A stretch of 63,559 nt of DNA, the filler included, from Reticulomyxa filosa (lineage: Eukaryota > Protista > Foraminifera): assembly GCA_000512085.1 (NCBI GenBank). It is 18 parts of 18 records of this genome, joined end to end, with 100 filler letters (N's around TTAATTAATTAA, not from the genome) between each part and the next. Parts side by side here need not be neighbours in the genome. Positions count along the whole stretch, not along the records: positions 35,147 to 50,783 come from ASPP01006197.1; 17 more parts are not named here. The stretch is one strand, 5' to 3'. The translations under genes and the position numbers were made by a program. Shown here in pieces: positions 36,183 through 48,739 of the stretch. Within the stretch, counting starts at the first letter, position 1. The number at the start of each line of letters is the position of its first letter. The notes under the pieces were generated by a model. The model had not been told where the DNA came from and made no database searches. It worked only from the letters and a program-made list of their open reading frames with translations.

Positions 36183-39100
36183 GGAACACGAAAAGAAAAA
36201 ACGAAAAATGGACACCACTCAAGTGAGACGCCACAGTCTCAAATGGAAGACAAAAGACGGTCCCTTTCGGTCCACATATTCGGACCGGAGTGTCGACCAC
36301 TATCACAAAAGATATCACTACGACAATAACGCGCGCAAATTCCCAACGCGCCGATCGCACGAGAAGCAAAGAGATGTGGATATGCTTCGCCGAAGTTCGT
36401 ACGCAACGTTGCATGGGGATCGAATGGACAGTCGAGATCGTCGAACACAGAGGAGAGACAAATCTGCAGCGAAGCACGAGCGATATCACTCCAGTCAACT
36501 CAAGTTTCATTTCGATCCAAGATGGGAAAAGACAAGTCGAAAAGGCCATTCACATCGAACTTGGGCGTCCAGCACTTTTGGCGAGCGTCCTTGGAAACAT
36601 CAATTTCTCGAAAGACATAAACATTGGCCTTCGCAGTTGTTCCATGACACTGCCGGTGTTCATTTGCACAAACGTGGCTACGGCCTTCCCTTGAAGTTGA
36701 GGCACTCCGAAACCATGCATGTGGCCAGGGAGGACGCGTCTGGTTCGTATCATCTTCAGGAAGACGTGAGACGACCCGAGAAGGAACTCGACATGGCGAC
36801 TGAGAAGGAGCGGGATGACGTCAGCACTTCCAGAAGCGTGCCCATCACTGTGACTTTGAGTCATCCCAAGTCGAAAAAGGCAATGACTGAACAGCCGCAC
36901 ATGCAAGACCATGCACCGATAATCAAAGGCAAAGACCAAGACAAAACAATGGAAAAACAAAGACAGCGACAGTGGCAATGGCAAACGAAATGCCACTGCT
37001 CCCAGCGGTCATGACTTTGATCTGTGTGCAAACGACGTTTTCGCCACAAATGGTCAGCACTACATTATCTCCAATATCATCAATCAATGGAGTGGACATC
37101 CACATAATCTACTCAATGCGAGTCAGGCTCAGTGTTTGCAGCAATTAGTCAGGTGACGTTTATCTTTGTTTGTTTGAATGAGAAGCAATTCAATGAACAC
37201 ACAAACAAATACAGTAATAAAGACGAAAGATTGCTCGAGGGATATCGCGTGTATCTTCAAAACGGCAATGTATTGGCGCTTTTGAATTCTTGGAAGTCGC
37301 TGTTGCTGTCGAGCGCGCCGAATGCGAAAAGCACGGATACTTGCAACATGGAAGTGGTGCCCACCAAACAGGACAACACCGAAGCCGTGGAGGAGAAAAA
37401 AGAGACATTTGTAGTTGCCAATATCAACGTACCAGTCTTGGCAATGGGCGAGTGTCACAACGGCGGTGCCATTGGAATCGGCAGCGAAATATCCAAAGGG
37501 GACATCCTCAACGGTGTTCAATCCTCTCCGAATATGCTAAGTGGCACAAATGGCTCGCACATGGAAAAAGCAACGGAACCGCAGATGTCCACCAATGTGG
37601 TCGCTAACACATTTTTGTCCAATGCCAAGGAAACTGAGGTTACTACCGCAACCGAGTTGTCCGATATCGAAGAGGAACAAGAGTCGAGTGCGATTGAAAA
37701 ATCCACTTACGATGCAAAAACAAAAAAAAAAGGAAAAGCCAAAAAAGTTTCAAACGAAATTACTGGATTTCATTCCAAACAAAACCAAACACAAGCTGAT
37801 ATTGTTCAATGCTTGACAACCTTGCAAAAAAATACTCAAGAGTCCTTCATACTGATTGTCTTGGAGGAATTAGCCAAAAATGGAGTTCTCACAAATGAGC
37901 AAGTTTAGAGTGTGTTAAATGAAAACTAAACTATACTTATATAATATGTGTGCATTTTGAAACGTGTTCATGAGTAAAGCGAACAATCCACGAGGACGAT
38001 ACAACTATATAAATATATACACATAATCAAGGCCAAAGCTTTGCAAGAAGGAGTTAAGCGAAATGATTCATTTGTGAAAGATGTATTCCCCAAATTGTTT
38101 TGTCACAGCATTAATTGGAGTGCTGTCATTGGTACTTTGAAATCAGTGTGTTTAAATTATGCCCCTTTGATATCCAAAGATCGACTCTGCAATGGCGACT
38201 CGCTCTCCGCAATGAACACAGCCGCGAATGACGCTGCAACTTGCAATAACAAAGCGTCTTGCAACGCAAATAGCTTCCGGAAAGATCGAAGAGAAGTCAC
38301 GGAAATTGAAAGACGGCTGAGTGAAGACAGATGCGTCAGTCGTCTCCAAATGCAAAAATTTCGACAGTTATATCGAATTGGAAATGAACCACTGCTGCGA
38401 CTCATTGACTCATACAATGAGAGTCAAAGCAATCGCTATTATCATCGCCATTATCCACGTCACACTGGCAATGACATGAACTGGATTTTATTGTTACGCG
38501 ATTGACGAAATTTTTAAATCAGCAAGGCATTGAAATTGGAACAGGTTTACAGCATCACAAATTTGGCATATTTTTGTCGTCGTTGTTGTTCTATGTGTTT
38601 GATCGAATGAATACTTGTTTGAATCTGTTCTGAGAGAACAAAAAAAAAACAAACAAAAACATTAACGTTGTGTATGTGTGTTGTAAAGGTAACAGTAATA
38701 GAGGTCGAAAAAAAGAATTGAAAAGTAGGAATATCGGATTGTCTGCAAAGAATGCTTCTGCTCACAACAATGCAACAAGTGATGCTTCGAACAATAGTAA
38801 TACAAATAACAATAACACAAACACAAACATTATCAATGGTAATAACAATAATAACAGCAATAACAATAGTAACAATACTGACAATAACAATATCGCCAAT
38901 AGCAATAATAACAGTAATAGCAATAATACTCATACGACAAATAACAATAACAACAATGGCCATAATACTGATATAAACGTCAATGGCAGCAATAGTGGCA
39001 ATATCAACGTGAACAGCAATGGCAATAACAATAATAGTGGTAGTGGCAATGCAAACAATAATAGCACTGGTAATGTCAATGGAAACAACAATAGCAACAA

Positions 39101-42100
39101 TATGAATAACAATGGAAATAGCTGCGATAGCACGAACAAGAAATCGCAGGAAAGTTGTAGCATGAATGAAATGAACAGCACAAACAGCAATGACAATAAA
39201 AACTTTGGTAATAAAACCAAACGCTCCTTATCCTCCGTGAAAAGTGGTACGCCTCGTCGACACTTTCCTGCTCATTCGCGTATTAAAAATTTTCACGATG
39301 ACGAAGACGACAGTTCAGTAAGTGCATATCCGCCTTCCGTGTCTGGAGACCGAGAAAAAGATATTGACGAAAAAGAAAATTTCAAACATTTCTTTCGCAA
39401 ATCAGTTTTGGAAAGAAAAAGAACATGTTGTCTACTTTTTTTTTTTATCCATAATCCCCTCTTCATCCTTTTTTTTCTTTTTTCTTTTTATACGTATTTG
39501 TTGATCATATGAATAAGAACGATGATACTACATTAAACATTCAACACATAGGGAGCTGAATTGCGAGATTCCCTTCGTGAATCGGCAGACAAATTGAATG
39601 ATATTTACAATTTAAAACCCTACCAACAACTATTGTTGGAGTACTTGATCGTAAACAAAGATTGCACCTTACTTAGCGCTTACCAAGTGTATGAAATGAA
39701 CGGTGACTGGGAAGAATATGCAGAAACATTGCGAAGCTTATTAGAAGCTGAAAGACCGTTGCAACATGGTTACATTATCTAATCCTTGCTTTCCTCACTC
39801 TTTCTCTCTCTTTCCCTCCCCTTATCTCAAATAAAAATATACTCTCTATGTTTGCGCGTGTATACGTGTTTGTTTTGTACTGGAATATATCGATTTCGAA
39901 AGTATCACGTGTAAGTGAACACACAAACATTGACAACATTTTACGGGTGGTCGCATTAATGCGCGGAAAAGACGTGCAAGGAATATCCAACCAAGATGTG
40001 GAAAGGTTGTTTCGCTTTTTAGGAGATCACGATACGTCGCTGATCACTATGTTTGATCAGTACATATCGCAACACTATCCCAATCTTCGTGATGGGAATA
40101 TAGCCATTTTGACAGACAAAGTTATCAAACATATACACGAACAAAAAAACAACTTTTTGTTACTTATGTCTTCACCCAAAAGCACAAATCAGCTCATCTC
40201 TGGCACCACTCACACTCCTACTACCGTTACCAATATCCCCAATACCAACTTCAATACGAATTTTAACGACAATCCTTGTGTCAGCTCTACCAATGCCAAT
40301 AGCACTCCCAGTGCTCCCGCAAATGGCTCCGCTTCTGTTGGCTTGGGAGTGTCTATTGGGACATACTCCCTGCTGACAGCAGTGAAAGAGAACGACGAAA
40401 AAGGCAAAAACGCAACCGCGACAGATCTCTTGCCCTCTCTTCACTCTGTCTTGTCCACTGACAATACCAGCAACAGCAATAGCAACAGCGAAAGAAAGCA
40501 TGACCCACTGGTGGAAAGGCCCGCAGACAATCCATCAAAAGTTGTTAGTCTCCCACTTCCAATCCAACAGGAAGACGAAGAAGAAGAGGAAGAAGAGGAC
40601 GATGATGATGATGAAGATGAAGAGGAAGAAGAGGAAGAAGAGGAAGAGGAAGAGGAAGAAGAAAAGCCAAAGCATAGAAATGGACGACACAAATCATACA
40701 ACCATCAAAACATCGAAAATGCACCAGACAATGAAGAGGATGACGACAATGATAACGAAGAAGAAGAAATGACAGAAATTGGAGATATCGCGGGCGCGTT
40801 TTCAGAACACGATGATGATTTACCCGATGGAGAAGAAGTTTTTTTCATTCATATTTAATATAATTTGTTTTCTTTTTTTTTTTCTCAAGGAAATCTGCTG
40901 ATACTTACGAAAATATAACCAATGGAATATTTGTTTGTCCAAAAACAAATAGTCGGCTTGCATCGCAAATTCACCAGAATTCGCAGTTGGATTTGCAAGA
41001 CTATTGGAAGAACTAATGAAAGAGGGTAGTATTACCAGGGCACAAGCGGACACATTGCAAGAAAAATATGAGTTGAGTTAGAAAAGTTGCCAAAAATAGA
41101 AAGTACACAGCAAATTACGGTCAGATAATGGAAAAAACTTTAATAGCAAAAATGCAAGACCTTTACGCAAAGCATTGTATACGTATCGAGGCACGATCAA
41201 TTCCGAAGAATTAAAAAAGACATTGCGCAACATGGTTCGTTCAGAAAATGGTGTGTCCTTTGGAAACAACGGACACCATAGAGTAAACAACCATAAGAGG
41301 CATAGACCCGCCGCATCGGACATTTCCAATGAGGCCGAAAGGGCTTCCACCGTCACGTCTCTGTCAATAGCGTCTATTGACAACAGTCGTCGATTCATTC
41401 TCAGTCAATCTGCTAATCATGCCCGTTTCGTTGGTTGCCATTGTGTTTTTTTTGTTTTTTTTTAATTGAAAACATTAAACAAAAAAGGAAAGAAAGATTA
41501 AGGAGGTAATTTGTTTGTGTCTTCATTGTTTGACTGAAATTCAAAGAAGGACTGGAATCACAGTCACTAATGGGAGAAGTGGGAGACGTGAGCCATCCTC
41601 TATCAGGAGATGTATCCAATGACGAAGAAACACGCACTGGTGTCGGAAATGTAGATGAGGAGACCGAATCTCAAGCATTGCTCACCAGTGTCGGTGACAA
41701 CAATGCCGTCGATTCCCAACTCAACACTAACAATGACAATAGTCCCCATAATGCCCACAATGATCCCAACAACAACCCCAACAACAGTATTGTTGATGAA
41801 AATCACGTCAATGCAGGTGGTCAAGAAAATGAAGAAGACATGAAAAATGCTGAGGAAAGCGGATTAATTGCGATGAATGACATGTCTGGGACAAGTGCTC
41901 ACAATAGTGTTTCGTCCAATCCAATAGCTAGTGATCACAACAGCGAAGATGACGACCAAAAAGTTGGTCCTTCCCATTCAGAGAGACACTTACATGCTCG
42001 CCCTTCACCAGTTCATTGTTTTTTGTTTTTTTTTTGAGCAGGATAATCTTGTAAATTCACGCCACTCTTTCAACATGTCTTATTGTATTGTCATGATAAA

Positions 42101-42390
42101 TAAACAAGAAAACCAACGGACATGGATCAGGGGATGAGATGGAAAGAACTCGTGACACCAACGATACTGATGTGAGAAGGATGAGACATAGAAATCGAAC
42201 ACAATTAATGGCAAGAGACGATGATATTGACGCCGACGTAATTTTAATGGCAAAAACAGGGGTGGCGCATGGTTACAATAATAACATAGAACTTGAATCA
42301 AAGTCTATGGAGAACGATTTGGACAGACCGTTTCAAGCTGACAATAAACAAAACAAACACGAAAAAGAAATTGATGATGGTGATTGTTGA
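35198..42390 (+). CDS. Very large multi-exon low-complexity protein (RS/HS, acidic and Asn tracts) with a repeated helical module; has frame lesions
   Basis: Chain of + ORFs (35172, 35782, 37132, 38041, 38670, 39561, 39848, 41175, 41570, 42139) linked by short GT-AG introns. Frameshifts near 35650-35790 and 36950, and an in-frame TGA at 38503. Confidence 0.7.
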
Positions 42391-42705
42391 CAAACATTTG
42401 GGAGATGGAAAAGAGTTCTTACGTTTTTTTTGTTTTACTATTCCAAATTTTTTTGGTACCAGTTCTATGAATCACGCTTGTTTTCGGTTTAGCTCAAAGA
42501 TATCTTTTTTTGCTAAGAATATTTTATTCAGGTGCATGATATTTTCTTTTGCATTCTCATGCATACAAAAAATCAAGGTGAAAATAGAATCTAGACAATG
42601 ACCTTTTAAGACGAAGAATAGCATTTTTCTACGAAGTCACACAAAAAAGACCAACATTTTCATATTTGCTTTATTTTTCGCTTTAAGTGACCAACAGCAA
42701 AAAGT

Positions 42706-44044
42706 TTACTGAGATGATTTGGCATGGTGATCATCTCTAGCACCCCCATAGCTCTGGCCGTCCAATTGCGAAGACGTGCCAGATTTATGTTTGGTTGATG
42801 TATTGTTTTTTTGTTCGTTCTTTTTTGATTTCGGTTCGTAATGGGAAGTTTCAGTGAGCCATTCCAAGATAGGTGATTCCTCTGTGGGCATAGTAATAGT
42901 ATTCATAGTGGACGATTTGTCAAAACTCTCAACTTCAGCATCCATGATAGCATTTACGTTATAATCTGAACTTTTCCCCCCTCCTGGTAAAAAGCTAGGG
43001 TTTTCTGTTTCATCTTTGCTTTCATTTTTATCCAAGCCTCTCAAAACATCACTTGCTTCATGAATGGGCTCAACATTGTCAACATCATTTTTGGTAATTT
43101 TTTGAATGACGGAGGATCCAAATTTTTTCATTCGATTATTCTTCGGCGCAGGTATTCCTCGGATTAATCCTTTGCCAGTGTCAGAGGTGGGCCGCTTTCG
43201 ACGACTTTCCAATTCATATTGAATTAGATTTTCAACATCAATTGTGAAAGGTTGCAATATCCTTGGATTTTCTTGACAAAAGGCACAATATTCATTATAA
43301 TCAATAACACCATTTTTGTCCTTGTCACAAATCAAAAAGGTATCATTCACCAATTTTTCAATCTGTTCTTCAGACAAATGCATATCTATGTATTCTGATG
43401 CTGAGCACACCATTTTTCGAAGCTCTTCTTTGTCAATCAATTTGTCATTATTCATGTCATACAGAAAAAATGAAAACTCCATCTTTTCTTGAGGAGACGC
43501 TTCATTACTTTTTGTTTTTTGTGTTTTTATCAAAGTTTGATACGAAGTTCTATAGACACAATCCCGAGCACATATACACATTGTGCTTACATACGTCAAC
43601 GTACCTAAGCATAGACATTGCCACTGCAAAATTTCGAAAGTTTAACACACCCATATCTGATTTATCTATAAAATGGAAAAATCTTTGGACCAATAATGAT
43701 TGACGGTCCACTCCTAACACTCGTGCAAACTCTTCCATTGATATCACTCCGTCATTATGAATGCTCATATCAATCCCATTAAATCTTGCGTGCAACAGTC
43801 GTAATGTATTCACGTCAAAATGCGTTATTTTGGTCAAGTATTCATACTCGCACTGATCCTTTTTAATCTGTTCCAATGACTGAGAAACATTTTGTGCCGC
43901 TACTGAGGGACCCTCTGTCGTGGGATTTGTCGCAGTATTTGGCCGTAACGCTGTACGTCATTAAAACACAACAGTTAATTCTCTATATTTTCGTGTATTA
44001 TTTCCATTGAAAAGAATTTAGTGTTCTTAACGAGCATGGCCCAT
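42706..44044 (-). CDS. Calcineurin B-like (CBL/NCS) EF-hand calcium sensor with C-terminal extension
   Basis: Exons 44044-44032, 43950-43605 and 43507-42706 splice in frame. THFDVNTL..LHARF..IDMSIHNDGVISMEEF, FIDKSDMGVLNFRNF, EKMEFSFFLYDMNNDKLIDKEEL, CDKDKNGVIDYNEY..F...NPRILQPFTI. Confidence 0.92.
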
Positions 44045-44652
44045 GGTTCGGGAAAAGAGTATATATATCGATTACTAGATTTTTTCCCTCTCTGTCAGGG
44101 GCCGACGTACAGATTGTCTATTTGGTAAGTGAGATAGTTGTGAGAATGAAGTACAACAACAAACAATTTATAGCACATTACATCAAGATACACTTTCAGA
44201 TTCGAAACGACAGCGAAAATTCTATCAATCAATAGAAAGAAATATCCTCAATGAAACATCTTATTGGAAATTCAAAACGTAAGTTCTTAATGATGCGAAT
44301 AGAAAAATTTGATCAATTTTCAAGTTTTTCGACTTTTTCTTTGTAGTGTGTTACTTTAAAACATGTGATTGTTAACACAAAGGAATTGATGTATGAATAA
44401 AAAAAAATGCAAAATGATAAAAAACAAGTGGTTCATATACTTCCGTTGCAACTAATCTAAATTTTCAAGTTTTTCCATTTTGAATTAGATCAACTGAAAA
44501 CCAAGTACCGGCAAATGTTTGTCAGTGACTTCTTTTTTAGAGTAAGAAATTGAACCCCTTGCATTAGTGAATTTGTATAAAAGATAGTGAGTAAATCCAA
44601 AAAAAAGTGTTATTGCTCCAGTTTTTCATCTCCAAATAATTGAAGTAAAAAC

Positions 44653-47600
44653 ATGGAAAAACAATTTATTCCAGATACAGACAAGGACGATCCAGACGAA
44701 AGTGAAACAGCGATCGAAAAGCTAAATGAAAATGATAAACCAAAAATATGTTCGTTCACAGTGATAACTTTGCTGGTGGTTGGCGTGATGACCGGATTTT
44801 CTGTGGGTTTAAGTTAAGTCTGAAGAGGACGTTCCAATTCTTCGAATACACATAAAAAAACAAAAGAATAGCCCTTTCAAAAGAACTGGAGAGATTTACA
44901 AACTCAGTTATTTCAACTGACACTGCACAATCTGTCGCGACGAAGGACGTGGCATTGATTTGGGAAACACTGGATATCAACGAACAAGTTTTTTTTTTTT
45001 GATTGACTGTTTGATAAGAAAATAATTCATATGGATCATATGAAGGAAAAAAAAAATGATTGTAATTGAAATGACGTTAGCGTCGTCCCGTGGTGAAGAC
45101 CCGCGTGACATATGACGGATTGAGCGTTAGTGATGTTGATGGGATGAGCCGTTATCGCATATCGCACCCCAAGCAACCGTTTGAAAAGACTGAGCAAAAG
45201 AAATTGTCTGAGGATAAATGGCGAGATTCAACAGACAGACAAACCAAATACGGAAACAATGAAAGACACACGTGGTGTTTTCATTGGCACTTTGTTGCAT
45301 CGAAGCGTGATTGGAATTTTCCATTGGTAATTGATATCGAATTTACATTCATGGACTTGGAAAAGGGATTTGATCGCATACTTTTGCGTCATTTTAATGA
45401 TACATTTGAAGACACATTGCAATCGTACACCGGGTCCGCTCTCCTCAATACGCTGCATTACTGGATTGAACCGCAAACGAAAAAATCGATTTGCATTGAG
45501 TTTGTTTCCGACGAAAGCGTCGTTGGAACCGGATTTATCGCCTTTGTCACAACACGCTTAGATATGTGCATGTACAAACACCATTACGAAGACGATACGA
45601 ATATTGACGACAGCATATTGCCATACTCGGAAAATCCGTTTTTTGTAAATACGTCTGAGAATCAAAGACAGTGGAACAAGCCCGTTCATAGTGACAGACA
45701 CTGCTTCACTCGAAATGAAGTTGGAAGTTCTTGGGAGAGAGGGCCCTTTTTTGACGGCAAATGTGGAGTCGGCGTATACCAATACGACAGATCCGAGGTC
45801 TTTCTTAGAAATGTGTCCTCTGTGTCAGGTGTCATTGAGTCTGGAATTGTCAACTGTTCACTTGAAACCAACGTCTCCACTGGTCCTGAGTTTTGCACGA
45901 AGCGTCACTGGTAATTTATCTTTCTGTTTGAAACGACAAATGTAACAACTCAGACAACACATGCAAACACAAACATAGCGAAAACATCAATAATCACGAA
46001 AACAAGCAATTGCCCACAAGTATTCGATATGGGTGGGCTGCAATTAACAAAACGTTCAATGGTGTACTTCGGATCGATCCTTATTATCCCAATGTGTTTG
46101 CAGTATACAAATCAAGTCAACTATCGTTCGCATTGGATCATATAGAATCGTCTCTGAAAAATACATTACAAACTTTAATTGCAGAACAAGCCGACGAAAA
46201 AGTACTGAGCTATTCCGTGTTGAAACACGCGTATTTTGATCAAAGCACCGAATTTCTTGCAGCCAGACTGCTCCATTCTCTGCTCATAGGTCGCAAGTTT
46301 GTCATGGCATTCACGGGAAGCAGCAATACTGCCGGACACGACAATATGTTTTTGTCGACGTATGCCATACAATTGCAAAGCAGATTAGCACATTTGTGGA
46401 CGCAGATCGGTGTCAAAGGTGCCGCTTTCTCAGTTTTTAAAATTTGCTTGTTTGCATTGTACGTCTTCAAATTTATCATTTCTTTCAAAGTTATATAAAC
46501 ATGCTTGACAAAGGTAAGAAATATCGGAATTGGCGGACCCACTCGCACTACCATTCAAGCGTGGATCAACCACGTCATCAGCAGTGAAACTGTCACGTAT
46601 CCATTGAACGACAGAGGTGACTCGATCGATATCTTAACGTGGGAATCCTTCATGAATGACGCTGGAAAGCCTCCAATCGAATTTTTGGAAATGCATTTGA
46701 GACATGCCGCTGCACTTAATGTTATTTTGTCAATCAAGAGCAAGTGTTGTTTATACATTTTATTTATCGACTCAATGTTTTATTTGTTATTCATGTACGA
46801 AATATAAAACAAAAAACGTTGGATAGGCGATATGGGCAGGAATAAACATGGAATTCCCATGCTCACGTCCAAAAATTAGATCGTGGAATGATGCAACCAA
46901 AGACCTAGGGCGGGGACACGATGTATTAGTGAACGAGTATGGTAAATGGATGGGAATAATACAGTGGGACTTTGCACAGGGACACTCTCCAGTCTGCGGA
47001 GATAAGAGATATGAACATATCAAAATGAATTGGCATCCATCACCTTCAGGACATCGCATGGACTCTGGAATGATTGCCTATTATTTAATTCGATCTGCAC
47101 TGCAATTTATTCAGAAATATAAGTCTGAGATTGCACGCTTAGCACCGAAAGGTATGTTATTTTTCTTTGCCTTTTTTTCTGTTCATTGAATGCACAAACT
47201 GTCAATATCACAGGCAGACCAAATAAAGATCTGGATGCATTTTTGTCAGAAAAAAGTGGCAATTGGATAAAGTATTTTTATACAAAAGATATCAACCACT
47301 TTCCTTCACCAAAATTTTGTTTACCTTATTGTACAACTGTACCTTATTCGTTGATTCCGTTTCATCCGATGGAATGGAATATCGGATTCCGAATGCAAGA
47401 TTATGTTTTAAATAATAATTTGACAGAGTTTAGCTACAAACAAACTATCTTTTAGACAAAAAAAAACAACGATAATACCAATATAACATGCATACATCAA
47501 GGTCTGGGTGGAAGCTTGGAAATTTTGATTTTGAACAAGAGTCTTGGTTTGATGACAAAATCGGTGGGCAAGCAAGTGTTGATCACAAATTTGTATATCT

Positions 47601-48021
47601 TCCAATGGAAGGTTCATTTGATCGTTTTTATACTAATTATAAAAGAAGTAACGAGAAGAATTGGGATATGTACTGTCGACAAAAAGAATATGATTTACGT
47701 GTAAGTATTAAAATACCTTCAAATGGACATGGATCACTTTTTGTATCTACAGGAGTGGGGGAAAATCGTTTTGGACAGTTGTATAATTTGTATTTAGAAA
47801 GATTATATGATGCACCGCAGCTGAACTTCAATAATAATGATAAGCCATGGTTTTTAGGTCTGGATCTTTCCTTTCATTGTGATAATTCAGATGACTATGC
47901 AGTGGGCTGCCATATTCATAATTTAACAAAAGGAGAAAAATATTATTTAAGCGTAGTTGTTAAAGATGTGAAAAATATAGATATGTATAAAAATGGAATT
48001 GGTGTGATTGCAGGTTATTGA
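44653..48021 (+). CDS. Type II membrane protein with CUB domain and SGNH/GDSL-like hydrolase domain
   Basis: N-terminal TM (FTVITLLVVGVMTGFSV). CUB: YGNNERHTWCF..IDIEFTFMDLEKGFD..YTGS..ICIEFVSDESVVGTGF. SGNH blocks: FTGSSNTAGHD, RNIGIGG, ILTWESFMND, MNWHPSPSGH. Multi-exon. Confidence 0.8.
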
Positions 48022-48739
48022 AAATCGATACTACATATGTTGATATTCTTTCAAAACGATTGTCATAAAAACTTTAAAAATATTAATATTGTATAATTAT
48101 AGTAAATCTGAATTATTATACAAAAATAAATCAAGCAAGTGTTATTTTGTAATTTTTATTGAAACGTGCAATTTACAAGAATAAATTAATACAAATTTTA
48201 ACTATAAAACATTAAAAAGGAATTATTGAAATAAGAAATATTTCATAATATATAATTGTTGATTGAAATGATAATAGTTACATATACAAATTATGATTAT
48301 ATTGGGCGCAAAGATAAGATTTAAAGAAAACAACTACTAAAAAAATTTTTTAAAATAATATATGAAAATATCATAATGAAAAGTATGATATATCAAATAT
48401 ATCAGACTACAAATGAAGCTCCAGTAAACAGAATGCTAACTAGAATGTTAGTAACAATGATTTTAGTCAACAATATCGAAAAGAACTAGTAAAATTTCTA
48501 TCAGACGAAAAATGCTTATATTAGTTAAAAATTCAAGATTCGCAGAATTGCAAAAGCTAACAATCGAAAAGATCTAAGACAAAGATATCAAACAAAAATT
48601 TAGACAATTTGCAGTCAAAATTTAATGATTATTATAATAAACATGAATCTTAATTTTTTGTTTTTATTTTCGTTAATTGTTGAGTTGATTGTGTAAGTTT
48701 GATAAATTTTGTAAATCTTTTATGTTTTTGTTTTTTTGA

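Noticed and set aside
35386-42301. Minus-strand ORFs with poly-F, poly-L, poly-S or I/V runs
   Set aside because: They are antisense shadows of the low-complexity + strand gene. The same applies to 18155-18732, 19941-20384 and 59429-59918.
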